Of a stretch of 45,578 bases of DNA, positions 43,404-45,578 are shown one piece after another. The translations under genes and the position numbers were made by a program. Position 1 is the first letter of the stretch, and every line of letters begins with the position of its first letter. Under the pieces are notes generated by a model. The model was not told where the DNA came from, did no database searches, and saw only the letters and a program-made list of their open reading frames with translations. This stretch comes from Myxococcota bacterium (GTDB taxonomy: Bacteria; Myxococcota; XYA12-FULL-58-9; JALHOP01): contig JBGGMJ010000124.1 of NCBI GenBank assembly GCA_041288095.1, positions 1 to 45,578 of the forward strand, read 5' to 3'.

Positions 43404-44695
43404 CCGAAGAGCGAGATCTCGACGCCCAGAGTCGAGAGGATGAGCACCAAATTGAGCGCCAGCACCAAGCCGGCGCCGAGCCAAGCCACGCCGTCGGTGA
43501 GCTTGCTGTTGGCCTGCTCGCCCATGAGGCGCGGGTCGCGCGTGAAGAGCACGAGCGCCACCATCGGCACGGGCAGGGCAATGGACAGCACGACCTGGCT
43601 CAACACCAGCGAGCGCGTCGCATCGAGGCCCATGCCGACGACGATGAACGCCGGCACCATGGTCACCACGCGACGCACCCAGACGGGAATGCGGAAGCCG
43701 ACGAAGCCCTGCATGATCACCTGACCCGCCATGGTGCCGACGACCGAGCTCGAGATGCCCGAGGCGATGAGCGACATGAGGAAGATGCCGGCGGCGGCGA
43801 TGCCGAGGAGCGGCGTCAGCGTGTGATACGCGGTTTCGATCTCGGCGACTTCGCTGTGCCCGGCGTGAAACGCGCTCGAGGCCATCATCACCATGGCCGC
43901 GTTGACGATGCCGGCGAGCGCGAGCGCGATGATCACCTCGCGGTTCGAGATGCGCACCAGCTGGCGCTTCTCGGCGACATCTCGGCCGACGAACCGTCCC
44001 TGGGTCAGCGAGGAGTGCAGGAAGATGGCGTGCGGCATGACTGTCGCGCCGATGATGCCGACCGCGATGGCGAGCGCTTCGGTGTTGGGAATGCGCGGTG
44101 AGCCGAGGCTCTTGACGACGTCGAGCCACTCGATGGGCGCGATGAAGAGCTCGATCACGTAGCAGAGCGCGATGATGCCGACGAGCACGCCGATGATGAT
44201 CTCCATCGGCCGGAACCCATTCTGCTCGAATGCCAGGATGGCGAAGGTGAGCACCGCGGTGACGGCCATGCCCGCGAGCATCGGCATGCCGAAGAGGAGC
44301 GACAAACCAATGGCGCCGCCCAGGAACTCGGCGAGATCTGTCGCCATAGCGGCCACCTCGCTCACGATCCACATGGCGATGACGACCGGCTTGCTGAAAC
44401 GCTCGCGGCACATCTCGGCGAGGTTCTTGCCAGTGACGATGCCGAGCTTCGCCGATAGCCCTTGGAAGAGCATGGCGATGAGGTTCGCCACGGCCACCAC
44501 CCAAAGCAGCGTGTAGCCGAACTTCGAGCCCGCCTGGATGTTGGTCGCGAAGTTGCCCGGGTCCATGTAGGCGATGGACGCGATGACCGCTGGACCAGCG
44601 AAGAGGAGGAACGACTGCAGCGGCGAGCGGCGGCCGGCGAGCGCTTCGATCATGCCGGCGTGAGTGCGTTCGCTCAGGGTTCCGCGGCGATTCAT
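43400..44695 (-). CDS. mntH: Nramp-family Mn2+ transporter
   Basis: YMDPGNF, GATVMPHAIFLHS, TMAGQVIMQGF, SQVVLS. Confidence 0.96.
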   Translation of the reverse strand: MNRRGTLSERTHAGMIEALAGRRSPLQSFLLFAGPAVIASIAYMDPGNFATNIQAGSKFGYTLLWVVAVANLIAMLFQGLSAKLGIVTGKNLAEMCRERFSKPVVIAMWIVSEVAAMATDLAEFLGGAIGLSLLFGMPMLAGMAVTAVLTFAILAFEQNGFRPMEIIIGVLVGIIALCYVIELFIAPIEWLDVVKSLGSPRIPNTEALAIAVGIIGATVMPHAIFLHSSLTQGRFVGRDVAEKRQLVRISNREVIIALALAGIVNAAMVMMASSAFHAGHSEVAEIETAYHTLTPLLGIAAAGIFLMSLIASGISSSVVGTMAGQVIMQGFVGFRIPVWVRRVVTMVPAFIVVGMGLDATRSLVLSQVVLSIALPVPMVALVLFTRDPRLMGEQANSKLTDGVAWLGAGLVLALNLVLILSTLGVEISLFG

Positions 44696-44707
44696 TGGCG
44701 CGAATAT

Positions 44708-44730
44708 AAACTATAGCCTCGGCTATACCT
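44708..44730. promoter_or_regulatory. MntR-type operator
   Basis: aaacTATAGCCtcGGCTATAcct; core ATAGC-N4-GCTAT as in the E. coli MntR box; abuts the TATATT -10 of mntH. Confidence 0.8.
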
Positions 44731-44773
44731 AGGGAGCCGAGGCCATCCCAGGCAACATCCGGCCGTTCCCGGT

Positions 44774-44843
44774 TAAAATGGGGACATCAACCATTTTCCA
44801 GGCAACCGCTCGCAGCGGAAAAATGGTTGGTGTCCCCATTTTA
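44774..44843. repeat. REP-like inverted repeat, copy 2
   Basis: taaaatggggacatcaaccatttt / aaaatggttggtgtccccatttta; inner hairpin ccgct-cgc-agcgg; arms nearly identical to copy 1. Confidence 0.8.
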
Positions 44844-44851
44844 GTGGCGAA

Positions 44852-44878
44852 GCAACTTCCGGCTCCCCCGCAAGATAA
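44852..44878 (+). promoter_or_regulatory. sigma28-like promoter motif E (GCAAC-N14-CAAGATAA)
   Basis: GCAACttccggctcccccgCAAGATAA, 32 nt upstream of ATG 44911. Confidence 0.5.
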
Positions 44879-44910
44879 CCTTGGTTCCTTCCTCTTCCCG
44901 GACCCAAGCC

Positions 44911-45578
44911 ATGACCAACGACATCCGCAAGGCTCAGCGCCTCACGCTGGGCACCAAGCCCCTTTTGTCCGCTTCCTCGGGCCCACTGCGCGAGCTCGCC
45001 GCCAAAGGCGCGGTCCTGCGCAGCGGCCAGGGTGTCGCGGCGACGTCGTCCACCCTCGAGCGCGTCGGCACCAAGGGCGTCGCGGCCGTCACCTCGATAG
45101 GCAAAGCGGCGAACCCTGACGCCGATCCGATGACGCACATCACGTACCTGGCGTCGGCGGAGCTGCGTGGCCGCGGCAGCCCCTCGGAGGGCTACAACGC
45201 CGCGTCGAAGTACGGCGCCGACCTCATGAAGAAGTACGGCCTCGAGGGCGTGAACGCCGGCGACCCGTCGGGCAACCCGTTCTTCCAGACGTTCGATCTC
45301 GTCGGCTTCGAGATCGAGCCGCGGCTCAACATCCACGGTCACCCGACCTTGGGGCCGAAGCTCTTCCAGCACGGCTTCTATCTCGACGACACCACCAGCA
45401 AAGAAGAGCACGACATCATCCGTCGCGAGCACGGCCACCGCCTGCCCAAGAACGGCGGCTTCAGCGGCAACCTGAGCCTCGAGGCCTTGAAGCGCGCCGG
45501 CATCGCCGCGAGCACCGTGCAGAACGTGGTCGGCGTCGTGCGCGGCACGGGTCCGCAAGCGAACGAATACGTCGTCTT
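44911..45578 (+). CDS. M28-family peptidase, 3' truncated by window edge
   Basis: Open frame MTNDIRKAQ...HITYLASAELRGRGSPSEG...FFQTF...QNVVGVVRGTGPQANEYVV, typical of an M28 N-terminal region; missing from the ORF track because there is no stop. Confidence 0.8.
   Translation, partial: MTNDIRKAQRLTLGTKPLLSASSGPLRELAAKGAVLRSGQGVAATSSTLERVGTKGVAAVTSIGKAANPDADPMTHITYLASAELRGRGSPSEGYNAASKYGADLMKKYGLEGVNAGDPSGNPFFQTFDLVGFEIEPRLNIHGHPTLGPKLFQHGFYLDDTTSKEEHDIIRREHGHRLPKNGGFSGNLSLEALKRAGIAASTVQNVVGVVRGTGPQANEYVV

Noticed and set aside
44773..45558. 261-aa minus strand ORF and the 113-aa ORF starting in the REP
   Set aside because: Shadows of the + strand M28 peptidase and translations of the palindrome.

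Overview
A GC-rich bacterial chromosomal segment, probably Myxococcota/deltaproteobacterial. That inference rests on a Ser/Thr kinase-sigma54 activator fusion, a DUF1592/DUF1552 pair, a CglD-like TSP3/vWA lipoprotein and a eukaryote/archaeal-type ProRS. It holds about 38 CDSs: nucleoside salvage (NupC-like, PNP, amidohydrolase, upp, hpt), proS, ilvE, mntH, otsB plus a TreT-like glycosyltransferase, GST, M4 and M28 peptidases, several Cys-rich or TSP3 lipoproteins and many orphans. I found no rRNA, tRNA, CRISPR array or transposase. The strongest signals are non-coding. (1) A recurrent sigma28/FliA-like motif, GCAAC-N13/14-nn(C/A)GATA, lies upstream of scattered orphans and enzymes with low-complexity N-termini and no Sec signal. 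This is a candidate co-regulated, possibly type-III-exported effector set. (2) A local sigma54 circuit surrounds the kinase-bEBP gene: three pairs of GTCC-N8-GGAC boxes, each pair exactly 20 bp apart, and three -24/-12 promoters. (3) Smaller signals: two copies of a REP-like palindrome, an MntR-type box at mntH, many apparently leaderless genes, and an unannotated 44-aa basic protein.
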